A stretch of 64,000 nt of DNA from Octopus sinensis (lineage: Eukaryota), in the NCBI RefSeq assembly GCF_006345805.1, contig NC_043000.1:5022001-5086000 (forward strand), read 5' to 3'. Below, one piece after another: positions 63,827-64,000 of this stretch. The stretch's first letter is position 1; the number at the start of each line of letters is the position of its first letter. Below the pieces are notes generated by a model. The model did not search any database. It worked only from the letters and a program-made list of their open reading frames with translations, and was not told the DNA's origin. Made by a program: the position numbers and the translations under genes.

Positions 63827-64000
63827 AATCCTTTCTCAGCTTCCTTGTAACTGTAGGTGAGCCACATAAGATGTTCAGATATGAAGAAACTATTTCAAGT
63901 GCAAATAATCAGCTAGCCACTTTCAATATATATATATATATATATATACATGGATGGCGATATATATATATATATATATATATAGACAGATATATATATA

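Overview
AT-rich, repeat-saturated eukaryotic DNA with no intact protein-coding gene. The SINE families and microsatellite load look like Octopus (coleoid cephalopod) intronic or intergenic sequence; this is recognition, not a database result. Nearly all ORFs in the track are translations of microsatellites (YIYI, THTH, NNNN, LLLL) or SINE bodies. The window contains dozens of tRNA-derived SINEs, labelled A-H here with working names, whose heads and tails recur in mixed combinations. It also holds fossils of R4/Dong, CR1/Jockey-group and RTE LINEs, mariner remnants, TTAA-flanked piggyBac-type MITEs, a Helitron and a Helentron-type element. Highlights: five short Penelope-like termini with minimal hammerhead-ribozyme motifs (one nearly intact, two sharing a non-canonical CUGURGA core), a non-coding ~550 bp element found only in (TAA)n tracts, a SINE tail matching an RTE LINE 3' end in the same window, a SINE dimer inside one target-site duplication (TSD), an A-B-A-B-A ~176 bp tandem array, an RFX X-box and one plausible 70 bp coding exon. 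Coordinates were read by eye and may be off by a few bases.
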